Notes under the pieces: model-generated
Database searches by the model: none
What the model saw: the letters and a program-made list of their open reading frames with translations, nothing else
What the model was told of the DNA's origin: nothing
Shown here: piece after piece, positions 47,701 to 58,641 of the stretch
How positions within the stretch are numbered: the stretch's first letter is position 1
How the letters are laid out: the number at the start of each line of letters is the position of its first letter
Position numbers and translations under genes: made by a program
Assembly (NCBI GenBank): GCA_035221665.1
Contig: CM069164.1
Span: forward strand, 19,840,001 to 19,904,000
Length of the DNA: 64,000 bases
Direction: 5' to 3'
Source of the DNA: Okamejei kenojei
Lineage: Eukaryota

Positions 47701-50700
47701 GCCATCTGCTTATGGTATCTTTTGAAGACAACAAATGAGTTATTAATTTGAGTACCGGCCAGTATACTTCCTCCCTCCTGCATCAATGACAAAGTGGATT
47801 ATCTGCTTCATTAATTAATTTGCATTCAAATCTTAATGTTGTGTGGAAATTGTCTGCTGCCTCTGCTTGTGTAGCTGGCTGGACATCAGTGACACCCAGC
47901 TGGCAGTCCCATGGAGAACTGCTGGCAACCTGTAATGTGTTCCAGACTTCAGTGCCTGCACAGTGCAGAGGTACAGAATGTGTTGGAGGTCAGATGTGCT
48001 CACATCCAGTCTCTCACTCTGTCCCAAATGGAGTATTATGTTCAGGAATGTTGTGTAACTTCATGGAAAAGCAAAATTCCCCAGATGGGCACACAGTGCT
48101 GGAATAACTCAGTGGGCCAGGCAGCATCTCTGGAGAACAGTGCCCTCCATAATGTTTTGGACAAAGACCCATCATTTATTTATTTGCCTCTGTACTCCGC
48201 AATTTGAGATTTGTAATAGAAAAAAAAATCACACGTGGTTAAATTGCACATTGTCAGATTTTAATAAAGACCATTTTTATACATTTGGTTTCACCATGTA
48301 GAAATTACAGCAATGTTTATACATAGTGTCCCCCCCGTCCCGTAAAGGGACTGGCAGGCCAAGGAAGACCTCCACAGCTGATGACAGAAGAATTCTCTCT
48401 ATAATAAAGAAAAATCCCCAAATACCTGTCCGACAGATCAGAAACACTCTTCAGGAGTCAGGTGTGGATTTGTCAATGATCACTCTCCGCAGAAGACTTC
48501 ATGAACAGAAATACAGAGGCTACTCTGCAAGATGCAAACCACTGGTTAGCCGCAAAAATAGGATGGCCAGGTTACAGTTTGCCAAGAAGCACTTAAAAGA
48601 GCAACCTCAGTTCTGGAAAAAGAACATATGGACAGATGGGACGAAGATTAACTTATATCAGAGTGATGGCAAGAGCCAAAAAGTATGGAGGAGAGAAGGA
48701 ACTGCCCAAGATCCAAACCATACCACCTCAACTGTGAAACACAGTGGTGGGGGTGTTATGGCCTGGGCATGTATGGCTACTGAAGGTACTGGCTCACTTA
48801 TCTTCATTGATGATACAACAGCTGATGGTAGTAGCATAGTGAATTCTGAAGTGTATAGACACATCCTATCTGCTCAAGTTCAAACAAATGTCTCAAAACT
48901 CATTGGGCGGCGGTTAATTCTGCAGCAAGACAATGATCCCTAACATACCTCTAAAGCAACAAAGGAGTTTTTCAAAGCTAAAAAATGGTCAATTCTTGAG
49001 TGGCCAAGTCAATCACCCGATCTGAACCCAATTGAGCATGCCTTTTATATGGTGGAGAAAACTGAAGGGGACTAGCCCCCAAAACAAGCATAAGCATGAT
49101 ACAGGCCTGGCAGAGCATCACCAGAGAAGACACCCAGCAACTGGTGATGTCCATGAATCGCTGACTTCAAGCAGTCATTGCATGCAAAGGATATGCAACA
49201 AAATACTAAACATGACTACTTTCATTTACATGACACTGCTGTGTCCCTAACATTATGGTGCCCTGAAATGGGGGGACTATGTATATACATTGTGTAATTT
49301 CTACATGGTGAAACCAAAATGTATAAAAACGGCCTTTATTAAAATCTGACAATGTGCACGTTAACCACATGTGATTTTTTTTCTATTACAAATCTCAAAT
49401 TGTGGAGTGGCAAATAAATAAAGGGGGGTACACAAAATGCTGGAGAAACTCGGCAGGTGCAGCAGCATCTATGGAGTGAAGGAGATGGGCAACGTTTCGG
49501 GCTGAAACCCTTCTTAAGGGTCTTTATCCCAAACATTATGGAGGGCACTGTAGGTGATGTTTCGGACACTTCTTCAGACCGATTTAAGTGGCCATTCTGG
49601 TGCTGTACCTCTCCTGCTATTAATATCTCCTGCACGATAAAAATATTTCGCTATTCAGATTGATGCTTTGTCATGAATTTCTGGTTGGATAATTCATTTT
49701 GATCTATTATTCAAAACTTTGATTTAATCAACTTGCTGCAAACCCTTCATATACATTTTGCATCCTGGAGTAACTCCGCGTTGTCAGGAGAACATGATAG
49801 GTGACATTCTGAGTCAAGAGCCTGTTTCAGACTGATTGTAGGACTGCGTGTATGTGAGGGGGGAGGAAGGAAGCTGCAAAAGGTGAGAGGCAGGACGAAG
49901 GGTGGCAGGTGATAGGTTTACATCGGCGGGGGGGGGAGTGGGGAGGGGGAGTGATAGGCAGATGATTGGAACGAAGCCAGAGATAAGAAAGGGAGCTGAA
50001 AGACAAATATGACGAACCGGATTGTAGTGTCCGAGGGGGGATAGTAGCAGGAGGTGGGGAGTGAGTTGGGCAGAGGAGAGAAATAGGTGAGAGTCCAGGG
50101 AATGGGGGGGGGGTCCTTAAAATTGGAGAAATCAATGTTCATACCATTTGGTTGTAAACTACTCAAACGGAACATGAGGTACTGTTCCTCCAGTTTGGGT
50201 GTGGCCTCACTCTGGCAATGGAGGAGGTCAAGGACTAGAGGGTCAGTGTGGGAATGGGAAGGGAAGTTAAAATGTTTCTATAAAATACTCCAGATGTGGG
50301 AAATCTGAAACAAGAACAGAAAATGAAGGAAATGCTCAGCAGGTCAGACGATATCAATGGAGAGAAATGATGTGAACACTTGTGTGGATGAACTATTGTA
50401 AGGGGATTTTGCAACTTATTGACCTAGCGTACTGCCCATCTGGGTCCTCGGCTTTATCCCAGCTATGACTTGCACTTGGGAAGAGCCATTCACCTGAATG
50501 GAGTCAACAAAAATAGTGACGTTCTGGGACATTCACAAAAATAGTTTACCGGTTTCTATATTTCCATGTGTATTCGGTTATACTTAACGGTGCTTTAATA
50601 TATTTTAAATTTGTACTTTAAAGTAGTTTTAATTGTTTAAAGTTATTTAAATCCATTTGAACTATTAACTCCCTGGTTAACTCATCCCTTCCCAAATCCA

Positions 50701-53700
50701 AGTTTCACTGTCCACCTGATTAATTTTACTGTTTGTGTGCCTCATTGTCAGCTTCCCCTCAGCTAACGATGAACCATTCGACATTTCCTTGGTCAATGTC
50801 TGCCCTGATCTGTCGTTTTCATACCTTGCCCTTCCATATCTCTAGTTTCCATCTCCCCCGAAATGTCACTCATTCCTGCTCTCCGGAGATGCTGCCTGTC
50901 CGGCTGAGTTACTTCAGCATTTTGTGTCTACAACTATTTAAAAGTCTGATTATCTGCAACATTTAGTGGTGGAAAAGCTTTGACAAAACAAGCTGCTGAA
51001 GCTGTCAGGGCAGGGCCTCTGCTCATGCAATGGCTGCTGGGCCAGTGGTTTAGAGCTGCAAGGAACAGGCTGGTGATGACTTTGAGAGACTCTAAAACAA
51101 CCGCATCATGAAGGTTGTGTTTTGTCTATTATATGCCCTTTTACAGTTTGAACCGAGCTAATCCTTGCTGCAAAGATTTATATAACTGCAGAACTGAACA
51201 TTTGAAATGAAAACAAAGTTACTTAGACACTCAGCAGGTCAGGTAGCAACTGTGGAAGGAGAAACAGGTAATGCTTCGTATCGATGACCTTCCCCAGGTC
51301 TGATGAAGAAATTTGAAATTGAAACTTGGATCATTTTTTCTGGAGCATTGGAGACTGAGGAGAAGTCTGTAAAATTATGAGAGGCATAGATAAGGTAGAC
51401 ATTTGGAACGGTTTTCGCAGGATGGAAATGTTAAAGACTAGCAGGCACAGCTTTAAGGAGAGGGGTACAATTTAAAGGTGATTTTTATTTGCACAGAGTG
51501 CAGTGGGTGTTGGGGATGGTGGTGGAGGCAGATGCAATAGTGGTATTCAAGAGGCTTTTATATAGTCAGATGGATATGCACGGAATGGATGTATATGGAT
51601 CACGTGCAAGCAAAAGAAATTAGTTTAACCTGACATAATGTTTGGCGCAGACATCCTGGGCCAAAGGGCCTGTTCCTGTGCTCTACTGTCCCATGAAATG
51701 TTAACTTGTTTCTTTTTTCCACATGCTATATGACCTTGTGAGTGGATGCCACATTTCCTGTTTTTTTGGTTATCTTTTCTCTGGATGAAGAGGGAAATGA
51801 AATCTCTTGAATAAATTGGAAAGAGAAATATCTATACAATGCTTGGTTTGAAATTGGTTCTAGATCTATAATTGTATCTTTTTGTGTAAAAAACTAATTT
51901 AATAGAACCATGCAGGAGTGTGTAAGATTTCCTGTTTCCAGTTAAGTTTGTTACCCACCCACTCAGTTTATGCTTCATAATAATTCTAAATCCACTTCGG
52001 TGCACTGAACTTGTTTTTTTCCCTAGTCCATAACTAAATGCAATTTGTCATTTCCCAGAGCAGTTAATTGGATATTTGTTCTTTTATCAAGAAATACAGC
52101 TGTTGTTTTCCTTCACATGTGCTTTCTTAAGAAGATTGTAAAAATACTGCAGAAGAAAAATGTTTAGGGAGTTAATGTGCATGTTTGTGTTTTCAATTTG
52201 AAATTTATTTTATTAACATCCCTTTGACATTAACCACTTTGTACGCACAAATACGTTAAATTAATTGCTGCAGATTTTCCATTATATGAAGGAGAAAAGA
52301 AAGAGGAGGTTGAGAAAATAGATTTTGAAAGATTTGAAAATATAAAATAGGTTTTAGAAATGAATATATGTTTTTTATGTCTGGACTTCATTTTACCCAA
52401 AAGGGGTTGTATGAAAACTGAAGTGCTAGCTAATACCTCAATTGTAAACCAAGTACAGAGCGACAGTACATTTTTAGATTTGATTTAGTTTCATCATAAG
52501 GGCATCAATTTCTATTTGTGGGCCAGTGTGACCTTTTGGGTTAAATGTGGATTAGGACATTCAGCGCCTTTCATTCGAGGTTGCCTGAGTACCAGCATGA
52601 GTGTTTAATTTTCTGTATTAGACAGCTTTCATGGGCTTTAAATTCTTGAATTCTGTCGACCCAATATTGAGACCTTGGTGATTACAATTCAAAATGATTT
52701 CATTTGGTTGCAAGGAGGTGGGGAGGAAGAGGAGGAAGCTTGGGCTGCAGTAGCTGGATTTATATGTGGGGATGAAAGGACTGCAGTGATCGACCGTGGA
52801 GTGCAGTGCTGTATAAAAGCTTTTGGGACGAGCATTGATATAAATGTGCTAATGGCCAAGTCTCAGCTAATGTGTGTTTGAGATGATATTTACATTATAA
52901 ATGACATATGGGGCAAAATTCCTTTGCTTTCCATAATGAAGGAACAAATGGCCCAGTACTGCCAGCATATTTTAACAAATACATCTTTACCATTAGGCTA
53001 TCTTTGTCAGTGCAGCAGCGGAGATTGTTATGAGTGTAATGATTGCAGTTAATTAGCTGAGACTGCTAAATCCTCCACGGTTTGTTTTGCTATTCTCTTC
53101 TCAGAAGAGTACACAAAATGAAATTCAAGTTGAACAAAATAAAAATAGAAAATGGTGGAAAAACTACAGCGGGTCAGGCAGCTTCTGTGGAAACAGAAAC
53201 AGTTTTCAGGTTATGATTTTGTTCATATTTGAAGTTATATTCAATGTTTTAAACATATTTGCTTGTTAATTTATTAGGGTCAACTCTACCTCCTGGTGAC
53301 GGACCAGGGCTTTCTTACGGAAGAGAAGGTTGTCTGGGAAAGTTTGCACAACGTGGACGGGGATGGAAATTTCTGTGATTCAGATTTTTATCTGAGACCT
53401 CCATCTGACCCAGAAACTGTGTACAAAGGACAGCAGGATCAAATTGATCAGGTATGCCATGAAGTGCAGATTTAGATATTGCAAAGCAAAGAACTGTATG
53501 TCCGAGTTAAAAACAGAAAATACTAGAAATACTCAGTAGGTCAGCAGTAATGATGAGAGACGGTAGACTTGATTTGTTGGTGACTTTTCAACATTCTGTA
53601 AATGAGTTGGTTAGCAACCTGTTCTGCAGAGACTTACTGCAATTTTTGTTCATATTTTTTAAAGTTTGGAATCTATGGTTAGCATTTATTGTCAATTCAT

Positions 53701-56700
53701 TTTACCTTGCATGAGGTTGCATATCTGAATCTGATAAAACTGAGGAAAAAGTTGTAATTCTGTATTGGAACTGCCAGCAACTTTTTTTAATCTACCTTTC
53801 AGATGTAAACTTGGAATATTGGGTTACAATGAGTTGGGCCACTAGAACTTATTCTCATGGTAAACCATGTAGTTGTAGCTTCTTATTCTGTCTTCAATGC
53901 ATTTGATAAGCACCTGTCCTTCACATGGATCATATTGCTGCAAGCGGACGCATCACATGTGTTTTTGTTTCTTGCTTAATGTGTCGAGCTTTTTTTTATC
54001 AGGTTTTAGGAAAAAACATTTCCTCAGAACAAATTATTGTTGACATTTCCAAAATCAAAACTGCTCATTGTGCTTTTCCTGAAAAAAAAAATCATTATCT
54101 ATTATTATCTTATGCTTTTTCAGATTCTGCACCCAAAGTAAACAGAGCATTTATATAATACTGATGAACAGGAATACGAAAGTTTACTGAAATTTAAATG
54201 TTGGTGTGTTGTAAGATTAAAATGCATGACCACAAAATCAGAAAAAGTTGTAATTTTTAAAATCGGAATATTTGCAAATCTACATTTGTAATTGGAGGGT
54301 AGTTACTGATCCCTTATCCAGGGATTTCCTGATTGGACATTATTTCTTCTCTCAGGACTATCTGATGGCATTGTCCTTACAGCAGGAGCAGCAAAGCCAG
54401 GATTTAACCTGGGAGCAGATACCTGAAGGGATTAGTGATCTGGAGTTGGCAAAGAAACTGCAGGAAGAAGAAGACAGGCGAGCATCCCAGTACTACCACG
54501 AACAAGAGCAAGCGGCTACAGCTCAGAGCCAGGTAATGACATTTTGCAGGTAACCAAGACGCAAAAACACTGAAGATGCAGGAAATTGGAATTAAAAATG
54601 AAAAGTGCTGAAAATACTCAACAGAAGAGTCAGCATCTGTGGTGGGAGAACCAGGTTGACAACTTACCATTGGAAGTGATGAAAGATCACTGACCTGCTG
54701 GGTATTTACACCATTTTATATTTTTAATTTCATGTGACGTTTACGATATAGAAAAAAATGTCTTGATTGTAATCATGTATAGTCTTTTCTATGACTGATT
54801 GGCACGCAATAAAAGCTTTACTCTCTTCCTTGGTGCACATGACAATAATAAACTCAATTAAAAATGTTCTGCGACAAATACATTGACCAATATTGCTGCT
54901 GCCCTGGAGATCTGGGTAATGTTTGATTTCGGGTTCTAACATCAGAAGGCAAAGGGACTTTAAACCAAAAATATATAAAGATAATTAGTCAGTTGATCAC
55001 AGCAAATGGTGAAGGATTAAAAAAAACGGATCAAAATGATAAATGAATAAGGCAAGAATAAGAAGTGTGCATGGGTAGAGTGCATATCATCCGAGGTGCC
55101 ATATTTTATAGGTTTCCGGAACGTAGTACGGGCTAGTTGGAAGCATTTGTGAACAAGGAAGTTGAGGAATTGCCTGACTCTGCCCCGACTTCCTTTATCT
55201 GTTGAAATGTAATCGTTAGTTACCAGTCAATGTGACTGTTGCAATGTACACCAGGCCAGCTTCTTCATTCTGCTTCTAAGAACATAGAACTTGGAACCAC
55301 AATGCCTGTGCCAAACATAATGCCAAGATCATCTCTAATCTACCTGTGCATAATCTAAATCCCTGCGTATCCATATGCCTATTCAAAAGTATCTGAATAC
55401 CACTATCTATCTGCTCCACCACCAACCCTCGCAGCATGGTCCAGGCACTAACCAACGTTTAAAAAAAGTTGCCCCCTCACCTTAAAGCTACGTCCACTAG
55501 TAAAAAAGGTTCTGACTGTCTACCCTATCTCTGCCTCTCATCATTTTATATACCCCTATATCAGGTTTCCCCACAACCTCTGGCATTCCAGAGCCTGCAG
55601 CTAATACCCTTTAATCCAGAAGCACCCCTGCACCCTTTCCGAAGCCTCCACATCCTTACTGTGATGGGGTGACCAGAACTGCATGCAATATTCCAAATAG
55701 ATTTGAGATCGTCCAAATTTGATGCTCGCGCTCTCCTCTCTTGCTGTTCCCCATTTGTGCACTCCAAACCATCATTTTACCACTTCCCCCCCCCCACTCC
55801 ATCACATCACTGCCTGCCCAGCCCCCAACCCGTAGTTTCCTGAACACCCTGTGCTATTCCTTCCCCCGGTCCCCTGCCCCGCATCTGCCCAGTGCCACCT
55901 GACGTCTGGGCTCCCCGATCTATTCGAACTCCCTCTGAATCTATGGCTTTCATCTAGTGCCAGCATAATCAAAAAACAGTCTCACCCCAGCCACTCCCCC
56001 CTCTCCCATCAAGCAAGAGGTACAGAAGTTTGAAGACACATACCTGTGTCTATTTCCAGATTCAGAGATAGTTTCTTTCCAACTGTTATCAGGCAACTAA
56101 ACCGTCTTCTCACCAACTAAAGAGCGGCCCTGACCTCGCATGTATTTCCTTGGATACCTTCGAATTATCTTTAATCAGGCTTTACTAGACTGTATCTTGC
56201 ACTAAACATTACATATTTTATCCTGTATCCGTAGACTGTGAATGGCGTGATTGTAATCATGTATAGTCTTTTCGCTGATTGGATAGCACGCAACAAAAAG
56301 CTTTTCACTGTAGCTTGGCATATGTGACAATAATAAACTAAACTAAGATAGTGATCCCGTGCACGGCATTGGTTGGTGTTAATGGTTGGTTAATGCAGAA
56401 TGACAAGTTAATATGAGAATATGGTTATTTTGCTTCAATAGAATATCTCAAATTGATGAAAGATCGACTGTGCTTGATTGTACATAGAAACATAGTAATT
56501 AGGTGCAGGAGGACACATTTGGACCTTCGAGCCAGCACCGTCATTCATTGTGATCATGGCTAATCATCCACAATCAGTAACCCTTGCCTTGCCTTCTCCC
56601 CATATCCCTTGATACCGTTAGCCCCGAGAGCTCTATCTAACTCTCTTTTAAATTCATCCAGTGAATTGGCCTCTACTGCCTTCCGTGGCAGAGAATTCCA

Positions 56701-58641
56701 CAAATTCACAACTCTCTGGGTGAAAATTGTTTCTCATCTCAGTTTTAAATAGCCTCCCCTTTATTCTAAGACTGTGGCCCCTGGTTCTGGACTCCCCCAA
56801 CATTGGGAACATTTTTCCTGCATCTAGCTTGTCCAGTCCTTTTATAATTTTATATGATTCTATAAGATCCCCTCTCATCCTTCTAAATTCTAGTGAATAC
56901 AAGCTTGGTCTATCCAATCTTTCCTCATATGACAGTCCCGCCATCCTGGGGATTAACCTCGTGAACCTACGCTGCACTGCCTCAATAGCAAGGATGTCCT
57001 TCCTCAAATTAGGAGAACAAAACTGCACACAATACTCCAGATGTTGTCTACCAGGGCCCTGTACAACTGCAGAAGGACCTCTTTAATCCTATACTCAAAT
57101 CCTCTTGTTATGAAGTCCCACATGCCATCAGCTTTCTTGACTGCGTGCTGTACCTGCATGTTTACTTAGAGTGACTGGTGTACAAGGACACCCAGGTCTC
57201 GTTGCATTTCCCTTTTTCCTAATCTGACATATAATTGAGATAATAATCCGCCTCCTTGTTCTTGTCGCCAAAGTGGATAACCTCACATTTATCTACATTA
57301 TACTGCATCTGCCATGCATCTACCCACTCACTCAACCTGTCCAAGACACCCTGCAACCTCCTAGCATCCGCTTCACAGTTCACACTGCCACCCAGCTTTG
57401 TGTCATCTGCAAATTTGCTAGTGTTACTTTTAATTCCATCATCTAAATCATTAATATATATTGTAAATAGTTGCGGTCCCAGCACCGAGCCTTGCGGCAC
57501 TCCACTCGCCACATCCTGCCATTCTGACTTGGACCCGTTTATTTTCTACTCTTTGTTTCCTGTCTGCCAACCAATTCTCTATCCATGTCAATACCCTTCC
57601 CCCAATACCATGTGCTCTACTAATCTCCTGTGTGGAATCTTATCAAAGGCTTTCTGAAAGTCCATATGCACTACATCCACTGGCTCTCCTTCATCCATTT
57701 TACTCGTCACATCCTCAAAAAATTCTAGAAGATTGGTCAAGTAGGATTTCCCCTTCATAAATCCATGCTGACATGGACCAATCCTTTTACTGCTATCCAA
57801 ATGTGCCGTTATTACTTTTTAAATAATTGACAAGTGAAGATTTGAAGCAAGAAAGGCTTGATCCCAGGCCTTTTACCTTTATTGCTGAACCAGCCACTAG
57901 ATGGCAACTGTAAACATCTGAGACTGTTCATCTTTGCTTCCATATCTTTAAGTTTGTAATATGCTGACCCAGTCGAATTGAAAGCAGGAATTTAGAAATC
58001 TCAAGGATCTGCTGAATTTATTTCATTTGTTCATAAGTGAACTGTGATGCATCATAATAAGTATTATGAGTGTTCTGGACAATTATATTGACACTATGTA
58101 GATTAGAAAGCATAGAAACATGATTGCAATGGCTCTTGAAAACATTGCAGCACCTGGAGATCACCATTGTCCAAGTAGACCAGTCACAGAACTTGAGTGA
58201 CGTAGTGAATTAACTAACCTCCTGACTATTTGGCAAACGCACGTCTTCAAACACCATTTTGATTATGAGGCTGACCACGTCGTCCTCAATGATCTAATTA
58301 TCCACTTAAAGTCCAGTTGAATTAATTATTTTTGCCATATCAGCCAAAGTGTGCAAGAAGTGTGGTGGGTGGTGCAAGAATAGATTGAACTCTTGACTGT
58401 AGATTGAAATTTGTCAGTGTGTTAAATGACCAGTTCCATTCCAGCAGTGAGCTCTTGTGTTATTTAGCAGCTTTTACTTCATATGAATGTTTTTTTTTGT
58501 CTAACATTCCAGGAAGGGCAGCAATCACAGGCAGTGGCGGCAACAGCAGCAGTTGCGGCTGGAAAGCAGCCGGGAGGCATGGAACGGAAGCAGCGCAAGG
58601 AAGCTAAAGAGAAAGAAAAGGACAAGTGTATTCTCTTGTGA
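11031..58641 (+). CDS. MINDY2: MINDY2/FAM63B K48-specific deubiquitinase, 9 coding exons, 588 aa: join(11031-11789,12206-12263,19335-19399,20792-20950,24098-24200,28138-28280,53278-53451,54356-54532,58513-58641)
   Basis: Spliced length 1767 nt, open frame, all GT-AG; catalytic [11 protein letters not shown] and FFRNNHFST motifs, tandem MIU, CaaX. Confidence 0.95.
12206..12263 (+). CDS. MINDY2: MINDY2 exon 2 ([20 protein letters not shown])
   Basis: tatag| ... G|gtaaga, 58 nt. Confidence 0.93.
13358..13455 (+). mobile_element. Penelope-derived short element with near-intact hammerhead core
   Basis: CAGT-CTGAAGA-A-GGGTCTCGACCC-GAAATGTC at 13361-13392. Confidence 0.8.
14750..14985 (+). mobile_element. 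CR1 LINE 3' end inserted in an older minus-strand Rex-like fragment (~14190-14745)
   Basis: Similar to the 3' tail of the CR1 at 56483-57828. Confidence 0.6.
15235..15690 (+). mobile_element. Rex/Babar-type LINE 3' end
   Basis: LPSIDSIY...IIKDESHP...[14 protein letters not shown]; same family as 39458-39845 and 55955-56345. Confidence 0.7.
16905..16990 (-). mobile_element. Short Penelope GIY-YIG fragment
   Basis: [26 protein letters not shown]. Confidence 0.7.
17549..17680 (+). mobile_element. Penelope-derived short element (degenerate hammerhead motif)
   Basis: CAGTCTGAAGAAGTGTCCTAACTTGAAACATCACC plus family tail. Confidence 0.65.
19335..19399 (+). CDS. MINDY2: MINDY2 exon 3 ([21 protein letters not shown])
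   Basis: cacag| ... CAG|gtact, 65 nt. Confidence 0.93.
20792..20950 (+). CDS. MINDY2: MINDY2 exon 4 ([20 protein letters not shown]...YHGWLVDPQ)
   Basis: aacag| ... CAG|gtgaga, 159 nt. Confidence 0.95.
24098..24200 (+). CDS. MINDY2: MINDY2 exon 5 ([35 protein letters not shown])
   Basis: tgtag| ... AAG|gtaagg, 103 nt. Confidence 0.93.
25722..27346 (-). mobile_element. Full-length Tc1-family DNA transposon (IR/DR type, ~230-bp TIRs, TA TSD) with defective DDE transposase (~26990 to 25985)
   Basis: TA|CAGTGCCCTC ... GAGGGCTCTG|TA; motifs [26 protein letters not shown]; stops and frameshifts. Confidence 0.92.
28138..28280 (+). CDS. MINDY2: MINDY2 exon 6 with catalytic His ([14 protein letters not shown])
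   Basis: ttcag| ... AAG|gtatt, 143 nt. Confidence 0.95.
28578..28687 (+). mobile_element. Penelope-derived short element with hammerhead motif and 14-bp TSD
   Basis: CTGAAGAAGAGTCTCGACCCGAAACGTC at 28594-28621; TTAGTATATTCCAG at 28564-28577 and 28688-28701. Confidence 0.85.
29671..30811 (-). mobile_element. 5'-truncated, young Rex1/Babar-type LINE (reverse transcriptase C-half and 3'UTR)
   Basis: [35 protein letters not shown]; 250-aa open frame; (ATTC)n tail. Confidence 0.88.
31661..31882. mobile_element. Fold-back Penelope-derived element with consensus hammerhead core and 15-bp TSD
   Basis: ~90-bp inverted arms about 31752; GGTGTTCTCATCAAG at 31646-31660 and 31883-31897. Confidence 0.92.
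31930..32470 (+). mobile_element. Degenerate CR1 3' fragment
   Basis: Remnants such as CTGGTGAGACCACA and TTGGAATTTAGAAGAAT resemble the CR1 at 56483-57828. Confidence 0.55.
36450..37850 (+). mobile_element. Fragmented CR1 LINE interrupted by a hAT MITE and other repeats
   Basis: [23 protein letters not shown]; [11 protein letters not shown]; [12 protein letters not shown]. Confidence 0.6.
36738..36972. mobile_element. hAT (Charlie-like) MITE, 235 bp
   Basis: 15-bp TIR CAGGGGTTCTCAACC / GGTTGAGAACCACTG; 8-bp TSD CTCTATAA / CTCTGTAA. Confidence 0.85.
37851..38152 (-). mobile_element. tRNA-derived V-SINE (HE1-like), near full length
   Basis: Minus strand has GGCACGGTGGCAC head, GGGTTCAATCC B-box, V-domain-like core and (TAAAC)n tail. 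Confidence 0.8.
39458..39845 (-). mobile_element. Rex/Babar-type LINE 3' end inserted in a Penelope-derived short element (~39400-40055)
   Basis: Reverse complement matches 15300-15690. Confidence 0.75.
42285..42546 (+). mobile_element. V-SINE (HE1-like), 5'-truncated
   Basis: GTTTCGATCC B-box, TTTCCTCCCACA core, CTAAACTAAAC tail. Confidence 0.8.
43522..43740. mobile_element. Possible degenerate Tigger/pogo-like MITE
   Basis: CAGGTGCTCCCCAGCTTAC ... GTAACCCGGAGGACCT imperfect terminal inversion. Confidence 0.35.
44526..44710. mobile_element. Fold-back Penelope-derived element with 15-bp TSD
   Basis: TATTGTCAGCTCCAT at 44511-44525 and 44711-44725; minus-strand CTGAAGAAGGGTTTCGGCCCAAAACGTT. 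Confidence 0.9.
45623..45810. mobile_element. Fold-back Penelope-derived element with 13-bp TSD
   Basis: TAACTTGTTGAGG (45610-45622) / TAACTAGTTGAGG (45811-45823). Confidence 0.85.
45947..46360. mobile_element. Two further rearranged copies of the Penelope-derived short element (45947-46093, 46186-46360)
   Basis: ATGCTGCCTGTCCCGCTGAGTTACTCCAGCAT repeated; minus-strand GGGTCTGGACCCGAAACGTCACC. Confidence 0.75.
48138..49550 (+). mobile_element. Second copy of the Tc1 element, internally deleted at the 5' end; transposase pseudogene ~48330-49209
   Basis: CAGTGCCCTCCATAATG ... CATTATGGAGGGCACTG|TA; [27 protein letters not shown]. Confidence 0.92.
49770..50275 (-). mobile_element. Penelope-like 3' fragment with terminal repeat
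   Basis: [24 protein letters not shown] matches the end of the 8281-8856 ORF. Confidence 0.78.
51320..51690 (+). mobile_element. CR1 3' end inside a Penelope-derived short element
   Basis: TTTTCTGGAGCATTGGAGACTGAG ... GGGCCAAAGGGCCTGTTCCTGTGC tail. Confidence 0.6.
53278..53451 (+). CDS. MINDY2: MINDY2 exon 7 ([23 protein letters not shown]...QQDQIDQ)
   Basis: attag| ... CAG|gtatg, 174 nt. Confidence 0.95.
54356..54532 (+). CDS. MINDY2: MINDY2 exon 8, tandem MIU motifs ([24 protein letters not shown])
   Basis: ctcag| ... CAG|gtaatg, 177 nt. Confidence 0.93.
55280..55700 (-). mobile_element. CR1 3' fragment
   Basis: Similar to 5910-6440. Confidence 0.6.
55955..56345 (+). mobile_element. Rex/Babar-type LINE 3' end
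   Basis: Similar to 15300-15690, (TAAAC)n tail. Confidence 0.72.
56483..57828 (-). mobile_element. 5'-truncated CR1 LINE (reverse transcriptase and C-terminus, frameshifted)
   Basis: [60 protein letters not shown]; (CTATGTTT)n tail. Confidence 0.92.
58513..58641 (+). CDS. MINDY2: MINDY2 exon 9 coding part ([42 protein letters not shown])
   Basis: ttccag| acceptor, in frame, ends with CaaX and TGA. Confidence 0.88.
   Translation, partial: EGQQSQAVAATAAVAAGKQPGGMERKQRKEAKEKEKDKCILL

Noticed and set aside
48326-48943. 205-aa ORF as an active transposase
   Set aside because: N-terminal DNA-binding region is deleted, there is a stop after QQDNDP, and downstream frameshifts follow
54541-54555. 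TTTTGCAG|GTAACC as a recursive splice site or alternative donor
   Set aside because: Only 17 nt from the exon 8 donor and out of frame with exon 9
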